From Tubiluchus corallicola (taxonomy: Eukaryota > Animalia > Priapulida), in NCBI GenBank assembly GCA_030141605.1, contig JAQGDQ010000058.1, positions 591,852 to 655,851 on the forward strand: 64,000 bases of DNA. Reading direction: 5' to 3'. Shown piece after piece: positions 1 to 20,900 of this stretch. How positions within the stretch are numbered: the first letter of the stretch is position 1; each line of letters starts with the position of its first letter. The notes under the pieces were generated by a model that was not told the origin of the DNA, did not search any database, and saw nothing but the letters and a program-made list of their open reading frames with translations. A program made the translations under genes and the position numbers.

Positions 1-1125
1 ATCAAGAAATTTTTCGGAAAAGATGCCACATCCGTCTTCTATGCTTTTCATAAGAGTGACGAGGTATTGAAACGCAGACAGCGCGTAGGAAAATATGTTA
101 GAAATTTTGATGATCCGGCTACCAAAGCATTTGAAGGGCTACGGCGTTTCTTCGAGGAGAGCGGTTTATTTGAGACCAACTACAGATGGTACGCTATGAA
201 ATTTGTTGTTGCCGTTCTCCTACTTGCTGTAGTTTTTGCTATTGTGATTTATGGTGTAGGTGGGGGGTGGGGCTGTTGCTTTGCTGGGTTGGTTTTAGCA
301 GCTTTTTGGCAACAGTGTGGCTTTCTCATGCACGATACTATGCACACGCAAGTTACACGCGTGCGCACATACGATCACATCCTAGGCACTATAACCGGTA
401 CCATCTGCGTGGGCATGAGCGGCACCTGGTGGAGAGATGAACACTTTCTCCACCACTCGCTCACTAACGTCGTCGACTATGCTGAAGAGTTTGCCGATCC
501 TCAAATGTGGGAGACGGTCTGGGCACAAAACGAGAAACTCTTTCCATATTTTCAAACACTATTTCAGCTAATCGCCATAAGAGTGCAGCACATAACGTTT
601 CTCCCCATCTGTGTTTTCTTCGGACGCATCGCCATTGTTATTGACAGTTTCACCACTGAGCGTCATTGGTACGAATGGCTATCTGGAGCACTTCACTGGT
701 CTTGGGTGTTTCTGCTACTGTCACTTACCGCATCATGGCGGGAGGCAGGCATTTTGTATGCTGCTGCTGCTATAGGTGAGGGGGTGCTACACATACAACT
801 ATTAATCAGTCACTATGCCAAGCCGTTTCAGGTTAAGAGTAATATGCATGAGATGGAATTTTGTCGCTTCCAAGCGGAAGCCAACATCAATATTGTGAAT
901 CCGGTCTGGATGGACTGGTTCCACGGAGGTCTAAATCTGCATCTGGAACACCACTTGTTTCCCAGGTTACCCCGGCATAATCTCAGGCGTGCTCAGCCGT
1001 ATGTGAGGAGGACTTGCCAAAAAGTGGGAATCGAGTACGATGAATGCACCTGGTTCGAGGCTATCAAACGAACATTAGCGCAACTTCGTAAAATGTCGAA
1101 TCACTTTAAACTTGATCCTCGCTAG
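1..1125 (+). CDS. Cytochrome b5-fusion (front-end-type) fatty acid/sphingolipid desaturase, 5'-truncated by the window edge, no intron in the visible part
   Basis: The frame is open from base 1 (IKKFFGKDATSVFYAFH, the C-terminal part of a cyt b5 domain, G.DAT..F..FH) to TAG at 1123-1125. Three His boxes: HDTMH (331-345), HFLHH (442-456), HLEHH (940-954, within WMDWFHGGLNLHLEHHLFPRLPRHNLR). Hydrophobic TM segments lie between the boxes. The ORF-track start at 67 is an internal TTG. Confidence 0.95.
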   Translation: MKKFFGKDATSVFYAFHKSDEVLKRRQRVGKYVRNFDDPATKAFEGLRRFFEESGLFETNYRWYAMKFVVAVLLLAVVFAIVIYGVGGGWGCCFAGLVLAAFWQQCGFLMHDTMHTQVTRVRTYDHILGTITGTICVGMSGTWWRDEHFLHHSLTNVVDYAEEFADPQMWETVWAQNEKLFPYFQTLFQLIAIRVQHITFLPICVFFGRIAIVIDSFTTERHWYEWLSGALHWSWVFLLLSLTASWREAGILYAAAAIGEGVLHIQLLISHYAKPFQVKSNMHEMEFCRFQAEANINIVNPVWMDWFHGGLNLHLEHHLFPRLPRHNLRRAQPYVRRTCQKVGIEYDECTWFEAIKRTLAQLRKMSNHFKLDPR

Positions 1126-1305
1126 TGCCACTTTAGATGCTGATTAGTTAGTGCTTTCACAAATTTCCCTAAAATATTTGATCAATTGGTACCCCTGTCA
1201 GAATCAGATGTGCGTAGTTGCTCATCTTGGGCGCGTGACTTCTTCGACACAAGGCTGAGCAAATTCTGTCTGTGGTTAACTACACACTGCTACATTTATC
1301 ACATT

Positions 1306-1408
1306 TCGTGGAAATAATCAAGGAGCATACCTCAGAAATTTATAAAAGCAAACTGCACACTCGTAAAAATAATCAAGAAGCATACTTCAAAAATTTATAA
1401 AAACAAAC
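1306..1408. repeat. Two-copy ~55-bp direct tandem repeat downstream of the desaturase
   Basis: tcgtggaaataatcaaggagcatacctcagaaatttataaaagcaaac at 1306 and tcgtaaaaataatcaagaagcatacttcaaaaatttataaaaacaaac at 1361. Confidence 0.85.
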
Positions 1409-2828
1409 AAACTTTCTTTAATATATTAACTAAACTTAACTAAATTTAATAGAAACTTAACATAAGATTTAATGTTAAAAATAAACAGCCAGTTTGGCTG
1501 CTTCCACAACAGGGAACCATCTTGCTCTCAAAATTTAGTTTGGCAGTCTCGCGAATCTCACACAGCCTGCAATCTTAGGGTATGATCGGAGCAGCGCCCT
1601 GAAAACTCTTTTTACTTTATTGAAGTAAATAATTTAACCCACAGTTTCTTGTGCTCTGGTTATCTTACTTTTTCGGGTGCCAAAACTATGGGTCCCCGAA
1701 CTAACGGTTTCCCTATGAATAAACTATAATAGCGTGTTTACTGTGTAAAAGAATTGTGAAACGGCAATAAAGTTAATCTACAAAACTGTAATGATTGTCA
1801 CTGCTAAATGTTGACATAGTTCATCTTAGTAGTAAGTTCAAGTCAAATTTAAATTCTTTTGAAAGTTCACTATGTACATTATGTGTTGTGTTGCTGTACA
1901 TATTAAGTAAGATTGCAATAATCGCTGTAAGAAAATTTCTCAATTGTGAAGATTTCTCAATTTCATACCGACGATATTGTTGTGCTGCGTGATAGCTGTA
2001 ATTAATATAAGATTTTTATACCTCAAATTTTAAAATACGTTTGAACATAAACGAGCTTGTTATTTTTATATTTATAATTACACAACAATGCAATAGTACT
2101 ATGCCATTGTCGTCATGGCCGCTACACTCTTGTGCCGCCAAAATGACGACCATATGTGATGAAAACAGCCTGTAATAAGGCCTGCAACGGCATCATCAAC
2201 AACCAAGAGACCGCCTGTTGAAAATGACAATAAAACACTAATGACCGAGAGACAGAGTCTGTAATCAGACGTCATCGGCAGAGAGTAAGGAACATGTAAT
2301 TTATTTTAACCTAACTTAACCAAACCTTATTTAGGAACGCAAATGTTATAGAACCTAGCGGGCTAGAAGCCTCGCACGTATATAGCAGATCAGAAACCTT
2401 GTCAATGTCAATGTCAGAGATTGTTTATGTTCATGTCGTTTTGAGACAAAACACCTCAAGTCCAAATCACGAAAAAGCCCCGAGGTTTGGTCGAAGTTTT
2501 GCCATACCTTCGATTACACCATAATCTTTAGACGTAAACTTTGGACTATCTATTTAGTTATTAAAATGTAAACTACCTGTTTAGTTTTGCCACTAATAGT
2601 AATCCTTGAACAAACAACAGTATAGGTGGGCCCACATATCAGCTGGCAAGTAGTCACGTAAATGCGTTTCTTATGTTCTGCAGAAACGAAATACATAAAG
2701 TACGCTACAGTCAAAAAGTAAAACTGTACATAACACGAAAGTGAAAAAAGCTCTGTTTATCATTAAAGCGTCCTTGCAAGAAATAGTTTCGTTCTACAAC
2801 TTATAGCTAGGCCTATTCATTGAAAATA

Positions 2829-10340
<7,512 letters not shown>

Positions 10341-10536
10341 TTTGTAACAATATTATACATAGTTATGATGTATTTCATAATATTTTCATACTGTGTACGA
10401 GAGCAACACAGGATGTAGTATCTAACAATGATATAATTTGCGTACAAGTACGTGTATTTTGAAAATATGTAACTTTTGGGATCACATAGACTTCTTCCGG
10501 AGCTAAATTACTAACTGAAAGATAAATGCACTAGAC

Positions 10537-10542
10537 ACACGC

Positions 10543-10575
<33 letters not shown>

Positions 10576-10578
10576 CAC
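10537..10578. repeat. (CA)n/(CGCA)n microsatellite
   Basis: cacacgcgcgcacgcacgcacgcacgcacacacacacacacaca. Similar (GT)n tracts lie at about 6354-6372 and 14893-14918. Confidence 0.9.
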
Positions 10579-13500
10579 AAACGGAGAGGGGAGGGTGACG
10601 AGGCATAATAACCGCGCATGGATCAACGGCACCCGTAAAATATACAGTACCTGGTCGTTCGTGAAAAAACAAGAAAGTGACGCTTATGCACATGCACATG
10701 CACCTATCAGTTGCTAATTGTGATTCCAATAAAACAGGTTGCAAATGTGTATAAAATGGTGGACAATGTTTAATTGGTGCTTCACAAATAAGCCACATAT
10801 TTGTATATAACACATCTACGTATCATTCTAGTAACATAAACAGTTGAAAATGCAATAGTGACCACTAGCAAACAAAAAATCATTAAGATAACACAATGAG
10901 AACATGTTTCCGTTAATCATAGATAACAGCGCATTATATCTGTGCACGGAAGTACTATAATAATAATAATAATAATCACACTTGTAAAAAACGTAAAATT
11001 ATCTATGTACTATGTCTATAACAGTAACTAGCTACAACACATTTTATATGTATAGATAACTAGTAGGCCTAATGGTAATCTTTATGAATATATCTTATAC
11101 GTAAGTGATTACTTAAAGTTGCAAAGCAGAGAAATTCAACGATTACAAAACATTTGCAATTTTCGATATTTATCTTTACAAATGGTACTTGCGACATATC
11201 AAACTGCCAAAAATCGAACGTAGAAACTACCTTGAACATACATACTAGCAGTGCGTAACACCAAATCAGAGTATTTTTAAGGAAAAAATGTTCAAGTTTC
11301 CTAAACATTATGCTGAATTTTTAATTTGCTGGTAAAGTAGCATAATAGGAAAGTTCCTAATAATACAGTTCCTAGCCTATATGCTAATCAAATAAAAATT
11401 TAACTAAAGTTACGATACACCAGACTCTCACTTTCCAAAAAAACGTGCCTGTTTTCTTAAAAACTGATCTTGGCCTGTTATTAGATGAAAAGCAGGCTTT
11501 CAGTAAGAATATAAGTGAAGAAGTATAACTTGTATAAGACAAGTCAAACAGTACATAAAAATGAAGAATTTAAGTTTAAATAACTTTACTTTAACAATTT
11601 TTGTTGCTAAAGCACATTAGTGTTCCTAAATGAACAGTTAAGTAATTTTCGTAATAATAATTGAAAATTTATTTCAGTTTTTATTAATTACATAACTAAA
11701 AGCCTGCAAATAAATTAAAAAAAACACATTATTCACTGTCGAGGTTCATGCAATAAGTTTAAAAACAACTGACATAAATGAATAACTAATAACATACTGT
11801 ACAGGAAATATACACAATAATAACATCACAACAATTTACTTATCTTCATGGAAGAAATTGTTCTATAAATATCACTAAAATAATAATCATAATAATAATA
11901 AAATACTACAAAATTTACATAAAACGCCTCTTTGTCTGTATAACATATAGTGTGAGCAGCCTGTCATGTGTAAATAATTAATAATTTTAATGATGTCAAA
12001 AGCTTCAGTGATTAACATTATTACAGTTACACGAAAAGTTTTATATGATAAACTACTTGTAACAGTAGCAGCAAAGTATATAATGACTTAGTGGAATGAA
12101 GTATAAATATGTTAGTAATGTTAATATACGCGCGTATGTTTGATATTACACATTGAATGTCTGCACTGTACACATCGGACATGAAAAGAATCAACTGTAA
12201 GTGACGACGAAAAATTAATCTAAAATTTTGGGATAATTTCAAAACTGTTCACATATTCTTTTGTAGCAACATGGCACGGCATGTCATGACGTGTCTGTAG
12301 CACCCAAATATTGTGCTAAAACAAAAACGCAAACTAGCACTTGTGAAATGCCTGATACGATAAAATATCTGCCAGATGAACCATGTAGAATCTTTAGATG
12401 CCATATTAATGCTAATTTTGATTTTTTGGCAAAATATGAAGTACCATTTCCGTCGTCATAATAGCGAAATAGATATTAGATACTTATTACTGCTATTAGG
12501 TACTTTCAAACATATCTGTTAACAAAGATGTGAGCAATTCTGATCATCCAGTGAGTAAAAATTTGTTGTATACTTTTTGAGCTACACAGAATAGAACACG
12601 AACAAATGAATCAATACGTGTTACAGTTTAAAATTTCACTTAAACAAGAATGAACAAATGCATATAGCACACCACTTTTACATTGTCAATACTTAATGCT
12701 TATTACTATCTAACATAACACGTTTGCTGCTACAACAGGGATGTACATCTGTTATCTGAAACTGAAAATGCGAGTTCTGAAAAAATCTTTAACATGTTCT
12801 TGTAGGTACAAATACAGGCTTGGATACATATGCCTGAAAATGTTGCAATGTGTAAACGTGGGTTTACATAACGTAATAAACAGTGACCAAAAACAACATA
12901 ACAAAAAAAATTACTGGGTGCTAAACAAAGCAAAATATCAAACTACTGATAGTAATAAGGAAAGCACAACGCATATAGATACACTATTACTATTACTACC
13001 ACCACTACTACAGTGCAGAAAATGATAAAATGTTTCAAGAATGAGCTTTGATACAGTAAGGACTTAACGAACTCCCGTAGAAAAAACAAGCAGTATCTAT
13101 GTATAAACTGCACAGGTGACAAATTAGGCAAGCATTTACATTCAAATTATTATTATCATACACAATAACACAAGTACCCATGTGTGCATACTTCTGGGGA
13201 ATTTAAATCATAATCCTCCTTGTAACTATTAAAAAAAATCACACTCCAGGACGTCCATAAAAACAAAAAATCAGATCACTGACTGCATTAAGAGGACAAA
13301 ACTTACAGCTACAGGACACTTGTACTGGGAAACTTACACATCAGCGGGAGTGCATTTCATATGCATAGGAAATGCTGCTAATTAAGGTTATCTACTGGGA
13401 CTTTAAGAAATACACAACATTATAAATAAACTATTTTTACAATACTGCTCTACTCTGCTGCCTTGTAATCTTAAATATAATGCTGTAGACAAATTACAGA

Positions 13501-14597
13501 AATGTACACTGAGCATCGCTGAACCCCCAATTGCAACAATTAATTTACAGTAGTTGCTTTTGTTTAGCTTAGAATTTTTTGAAAATCATAGGACAAAAGT
13601 TTGTCTGACCCAAAGGGAGACTTTTTGCAAAGCACAATATATGCAAAAACGTCACTTGCTGAATGATTAGCATAAGACACTACACTTACTATAATAGCGT
13701 CTGATTATCTAATACATCCCTATAACTTTGCACATAGGCTTCAGACATAGGCCTTTTCTTTACTAACAGCTTTTTTAAAGGACATTGTGTAATAGTTTTC
13801 AAAAACCCATCATAAAGATTGCATGTTTTGAAAACCATATTTCTTGGGTCAGAAGCTGCATACACATAAAACATGTAAACTTTAAGCTTCTAGGCCAATA
13901 TTTAAAAGTTTAATGCATAGTTGATTATACTGTGTGAAACATGCCAAGCAAACAGCCATTCGAAATATAACAAAATTTGCTAAAATACGAATCAAGCTAA
14001 GTAAATTGCTGAAAATATGCATGAATGACTTCAATAAAATAATAAATCAATAATTTAAAATTTTCTAAACTAATTTGTCGCACATTTGTAGCTAGAAAAC
14101 AATAAAATGCAGCAAGCTAGTTTACACTTGTTTCAACAATCAATGGTTGATGCTGAAACTTCACCATGGTCACCCACATATACATGACACCACTTCAAGA
14201 GAGGGCTTGCATCGCAAATGTATATAATTAGAGGAAAATGTTATAACGGGTTTGTGCCAAAGATGCAATGACAAACTACAAATAATTACGATGTCAATGT
14301 TAGACAATGGTTAAAGTAATAATATAATACTCAGATATAAATAATGTTCATGGAATGTTTTAAAACCACTGAGAGAGCATACAGTATCATTAAGTTAAAC
14401 ATTCTTAATTAAAAAAAACAGTGAAAATCAATTACTTCAACAACAAATAGCAACTAACGTTAAATGGTGAAGCAGTTTCTAGACTTAGTGGTTTTCATCC
14501 GCTATATTTCTATATTGCTGTGGGACAAACTGAAATGACTGTCTGAACTAGACTACACTAAGTGGTACCAAAAAAATTTCGATGGTCATACAATAAC

Positions 14598-14887
14598 CTA
14601 CAATCTCAGAAGGGTTGAAAGAGTTACTAGTAAAGTGGTAGAAATGCACATTGCTATTGAGTTTGCATTGCTTGACGGTTCTACAACAGGTCCGTCGACT
14701 GTTTTAATCATAACTTCATGAGGGTTAAAGCTGGGTCCGACCTTATTCACTGCAAAAACTCTAAATTCATACTCAGTGTTTGGTGTCAAGTTCCGCACTT
14801 TTATCACTTTTTTCTCACCTAAAAATAAAAAAACATTATTTATGCATGTTAATGACATTTCGTGAACATTTTATTGCATTCTGTGAG

Positions 14888-14924
<37 letters not shown>

Positions 14925-17900
14925 GCGTGTATGCGCGCGCACGCCTGCATGCATGTGCTCTTTAATAACTGAAATATATGTTCAAAAAAATCTATTATGA
15001 ATTTTTAAAACAAATTGCTGAAATTTTAAAAAAAAATTGCTAAATGGGTAACAGTTTAATAACTGCTTACAAGTGCACTTGACAACGGGTTGCTAGCTAT
15101 TTTATAATTTATCGTGAAAATGGTTGTATTCATCCAGTTCAGCAACTTGGAGCATTTGAAAGCTGAACGGCGTCTGACAATACATTGACATTGTATGTAC
15201 ACAGGTATAATCCGAAATTATGAGATTTGTTTAAATATAATGGAGTGAAGTATATAAAGGCATAAAAAGTTGCAAGACTTTATGTACAAGTCATTAAGAA
15301 AAGTTATTACGCTGCTTATTTTAAGTGCAATTCATTACAAGGTCATTGTAGTAGTTGTAGTATACAAAATGTGGTCTGCTGCAGGCCTTTATTGCCAAAA
15401 AAAACACCTGAAAAAATATATGCTCATGAATAGGAAGCCAAAATGGCAATAAACCAGAAATTAGTTATTAGTCTTTACAGATTTTCTAGTGGTAAATGTA
15501 ATAAATTTCGCATTGTCTAAAACCACGTGTTAGTTAGACTTCTATATACCTGAGCAGCAAAAATACCTCAACGAACAACAGCTCCTGTTTGTCGCCTATT
15601 TTAGCTATTAAGAAATAAACAGAAGTAAACTGTTAGAACAATGACAAGATCAAGTCGCACCAAAAAGAAATCTAGGCACTAGACAACCAAAATAGTATTT
15701 CATTAAAAAGTCTTGCACTTTTTAACTCTTTTTAACTAACTACTTAATTAACTTTTAATTAGCTCATTAGATGGCAGCACATAGCTTGCATAAAACGTAC
15801 CAATAGGGAATTCCTGTTCTGCATTCCAGATATTTTCATTATGTTTTTTGTACTGCACGCGGTAAGCTGTCAACTCAAGACCTCCATGGCTGATAGGTGG
15901 CTCCACTTTTAGCGTGACTGTACTCGGTGTGATCTTTTTTGCCTGAACACCTTGAGGTGGATCGGGTGCAACTGAAGAAATAAAGAAAAATTATCTATGC
16001 AGAAATGGGACATATTACCCATAGGACGATGCAACACAAAGTGTTAAAAATGCAGATCAGACCGAAGTGCCAACAATATTTGAACTGCTTCATAAAAAGT
16101 TGAATTTTCAAAGCTTGTGACAATTTTGCCCAAGAAGTTTAATAACTTCACTAGATTTCAAAAAAACATGGTAAATAACCTGGTCAAAGGACACAATAAT
16201 TAGTACAAGAAAGTAATTTACATGTTGACAAAGCTAGCACATTCGAATTATTATTTATACTCCAAAAATTGAAAAAATAGTTATTCGTGCAGGTAAAATT
16301 TAGAAAAGTAAATAAAACATTCAAGTTGGAAATAAACCTGATATTTTAATGGATTCAACTGAATATGTTGTTTCCTCAATTAAGTCAATTCAGTAAAATT
16401 TAACAAATTAAGAATGGATAGCTCACAGATACTGTCGTTATGAAGGTAACTAATTTAATTATAATTATTACTAATTATTTAGCGATAATGTTACATTACA
16501 AGACAGATTGATGAACTGATGCTGTGTTACGATCTGACGCTAATGATTTTCTTGCCACAAACAATCAATTTGGCATAATCACCAGGAAAAAGGCTAACTA
16601 ATAAATATGACTTACAGGCTTCGTTAAGTTTAATCTGTTGTTCAACTGGGAGAGAATTGACTCCATTATCCGCTTGACATTGATAAGTTGTGAAATCGCT
16701 CTCATTATCAACTGTAAACTATAACAAATGATATTTTGACATTAAAAGACAGTGTAATCATTAGCATTTCCATCACTAAAAACACCTCAAAGAGCATGCA
16801 TGCAAATGCATTCAAATTAAACTATGTAATTTGTGATGTCAGCTTTGAATGAAAATGTCTACAGAGTGGTACATGGTGTTTCGAAAGAATTAGTGCCCTA
16901 ACAAATGCTGTAACCACAGCAGTATTACAACATACAAAATCTAGCAAGTACAGTGAGCTTATACTGGAATGTATATAAAGCAAGTTATTGTAATATAATG
17001 CGTGTAATTCAATCAGCATATCAGCACATTTCAACTGTACTATTTCTTTTCGAGCAACATGTAGCATCAAAAAGAAAACCACACACCAACAGGGATTTAC
17101 ATAAAGAAAATCTGTTTAAGAACTACATGCCATAAAATGAAAGGCACACCACACAAGATATGAGACAGTAAATGCACATTATCGTACCTATAAAAACAGA
17201 TTTATTATAGCTAAAAACAGTTTTCAAATCTCACAAGGCAAAACAGATAAAAGTCGTAACACCTATGAAACAAATAAAATCTGACACCTTCAAAATGCTA
17301 CTGAAGTCTTTATCATCTGTAATTGTTTCAAATCGCTCATCTGTCTCAGATTCTAGCTGTTTCAATGGTACACCACCTTTGTACCACGTGTACCTGAAAA
17401 AATCATTGACTGCGCATCTTATGAGCACACAGTAATGCAACCACATAAATATTTGGTACAACACTTTGCAATAGACTGACATTCCCCTTTCTTAAACTTC
17501 ATAAGAAGTGCTTTATTTACTGAGTATCATGACTTGCAACTACTCTCCTTTGAACCTTTCTCACCACCAATATTTCTCCCCTTTAATAAAAATTTGTCAA
17601 TACTATAAAACCACTTTAATTCATCACAACAATGTTCCAGAATCAAAACTTATAATGAAGCAACTCTAACAGAACTGTTGAAACTCCCTTTACACTGCAG
17701 GTGTGATCGTAACATTGAATAAAAAACATTTTATAACTTATGTATATGTGCTATGTATGAGTAAGTTCCACTGTAATCTGCCTCTTTATTATATATATAT
17801 ATATATATAGGCAAATAGCGCACGATGCACAGCCACTTCTTTCTCAGCATAAGCAAAAATACAATTCAACAAATTAATATTATTTCATTTTTACCCACAT

Positions 17901-20900
17901 TATCTGCAGACAAGCATCTACACTTAGTTAGAAACAAAATTCTTTTGAGTTATCTATAGGATGCTTCAGCATCCATAGTCCTCAGTAATTCACCTACTCT
18001 TTCTTTACTGCAATTCATTATGGCATCATCGTTTTTAAACAGTGCAACGTGTTTTCAACAGCAAAATTTACTTAATGTAGAGGGCTGTGGCAAGACCGGA
18101 ACGTATATAATTGCCAAGGATAATACTTTAAGATAAAATGCTGCGGTGTCTTAGCAGTGCATCTTCTCTCAATCAGGTAAATAGGATAAAATGACAGATA
18201 AAGTTGCCCAGCCACAGTTTTCTTGGCGATCACCCATATACTTGCTCACCAGTTTAGTGTTGCATAAATTTAGGTGCTAAACAAACACATGACCATTCAA
18301 CTGTAAACTCATGGAGTCATCAAAATAAAAGTCAATGTAAAACAAGATAAAAATGCCTGAAAACATAGAGTGAAGCTGGCAAAATCATCAGAACGCAAGA
18401 TTAAGACATCTAAATAGGCATTGAAAAATTTGAAAACGTGTTCAACACCTAAAGCAAACAGTCAAAAATATAAACTCATGTTTGGATCACATTTTTAAAA
18501 CGTTCACATTCAATGAACTCTTACGTTGCAGGTGGTCTTGCATCTGCCTGACAATAAAGTTCTATCTCCCCTCCTATCCAACCATATTGAGATTTAGTTT
18601 TCGACGTAAACTTTGGTTCATCTGGAATATGAAAAAAATGCTTGAAGTTGCTTTAGAATGAAAACGAAAAATGGGGGCTAATGAAACTGATAATTTCCAA
18701 CCTCAATTTTACAAATACTTTTCTATTAAAATTGACTAGCTTTTCTTATTCTATTTTAAGTGATATTATAAACTTGAAATCATTGCATTTTGAAACTTTA
18801 AATAGGCGCGTTTGGTTGAGTTAATAATCATTACAACCGATCACAGCATTTTTCACTGCTCGCAATATTACAAAAACGCGTTGATCGTACAACAGAGGAC
18901 GCCACGTTACCGTGCAGAAGATTAAGCTGCACAAGTACCGGACTACTTTCCTCCACGAGAATAATAATAACTTACAATCTAAGGCGGAGCATTAACGGAA
19001 AGTTTTCAGCGTACATTACCCACAAACAAATTACGTATATCTTTTTTAAAGCATGTATTTATTTTAAACAACAACAAAAATACATGGATAATGTGAATGA
19101 AACGGAAGTTACTCAAGTAATTCACTTCTATTGTTATCAGTTAAACAGCATAAAAAATTGAAAATATGAAAACATTTATATTAGAAAAGTTTGAAGAATT
19201 TTATATCAGAAAAGAAATCAAGAATTGCTAATAAATTGTTTTTAAGCATTTATTAGCTGATCTCAAAAATCAAGAACAAATAAACTAAAAAGTAATTGAC
19301 TACAACCTGAAGTTCTCAAACCAGGAAAATAATACTTCAGCATTTTGTTGGCATGTACTACACAGCAAGAAAAATAATTACAACTCAGAAAAATTCTTTA
19401 GGGGACATTTCAACAGTCACATAGAATTTGAAATTAATAAACTGCTACAGACACAAAGAGTATTGCCTTTCGTAATTACCTCCTTTAATGAAAATCAATC
19501 GGCAAAAAATTTTCAAATGGATAAAAAAGTAATAACAGTAATAATATAACAGGAAACGCAACCTCATTGTATCATTATGATAAGCCACATGTCAAAATCT
19601 GCACCAAAATAGCCAAGAAGGTAGTAAAAAAATCTATGTATACAAGCACTAAATAGTATACATAAATAAACAAATAGCACACCCCAAGATTAGAACTGAT
19701 TAGTATAACAAATCAGTGGAACTTACAGTTTACAACAACCTCTATTGGAATACGCTTGAGTGAAAGTCGTGGTCCAGTAGTCCTGACCCGACATACGTAC
19801 GTCCCTTCATCCTCCATAGTTATGTGCTCTATCAATAATCCTTCTGGTGTTGGCCGAATTCTTCTATCCTCTGAGTTTTACAAAAAAAAATCGACAAAAA
19901 CATTACAAAACTAATTAACAATTCCATAATAAACTGACAGTGAAAAAAATAATGCACCTGTAATAGAATAGATGATAACATAGTTGAATTACGCCTAGTG
20001 CTTTCAAAGGGAAAACAATTACTGCAAAATGTAGGAAGTTTCTAATCTTTGGTAAATTCATTTAAACAGAAAAATTAATTTGCAACAGTGTAGCTTAAAT
20101 CTTTATCACAATTTTACATAGTTTTACAGTTGAAATGCAGACACTAAGAATCTATACGAGCAAAGTACCATTTGCACTCAGTTTTGGACATCTTAGAACA
20201 CTTAAGTGTTTAGCCATACAAGACAAAAATTATAGGTAACAAAGGAAATCCATGTCTTTCACGGACACTTTTGTTCAGACACGTATAAGATCTCCAAATC
20301 CTATGAGGCTGAGTTAAAATTCTTACATCAATAGAAATATTTCATTGAACCTCCTGCTCATTGCACAAACATTGTGTCAAGTTTTACAAATCAGATCACA
20401 ACACCATATTTCAGGATTTCCCACTTCTGACAAAGTTTTCACAGTAACAAGTTTTCGGCACATTTTATGATGGCTTTTCTCTGCCCTACCATTATTTTTC
20501 AGCTGAGAAAGTGTCTCCTTCCATTCGACTTTGGGTGGTGGATCGGCAGTGGCTTCACATTTAACTATAGCATCTTCATATTCGTTGAAAGATTGCTTTC
20601 GAGGAGCATTTGTTATTTCAAGGTCCTCTGAAAAATATTTCGCTCCGTTAATTTTTCTACAGAAATATGATCAATGGCCATGAATCTTAGTATTTTGGGA
20701 CAATGATTCAGATGAATTGGGCTGGGAAAAGCTGATATTGCCTTTAGTAGATGGCATTACTATTGGCGCCTATCTTGAAAGTTCCCAAACAGGATGATGC
20801 AATCTAGTGTATTTGCTACTTTTTGTGATTCTACCCTGCATGCGACTAAGACCAGCAGTAACTGATACTCACTGTAAACTTGAAGCACAAAAGACTGCCT

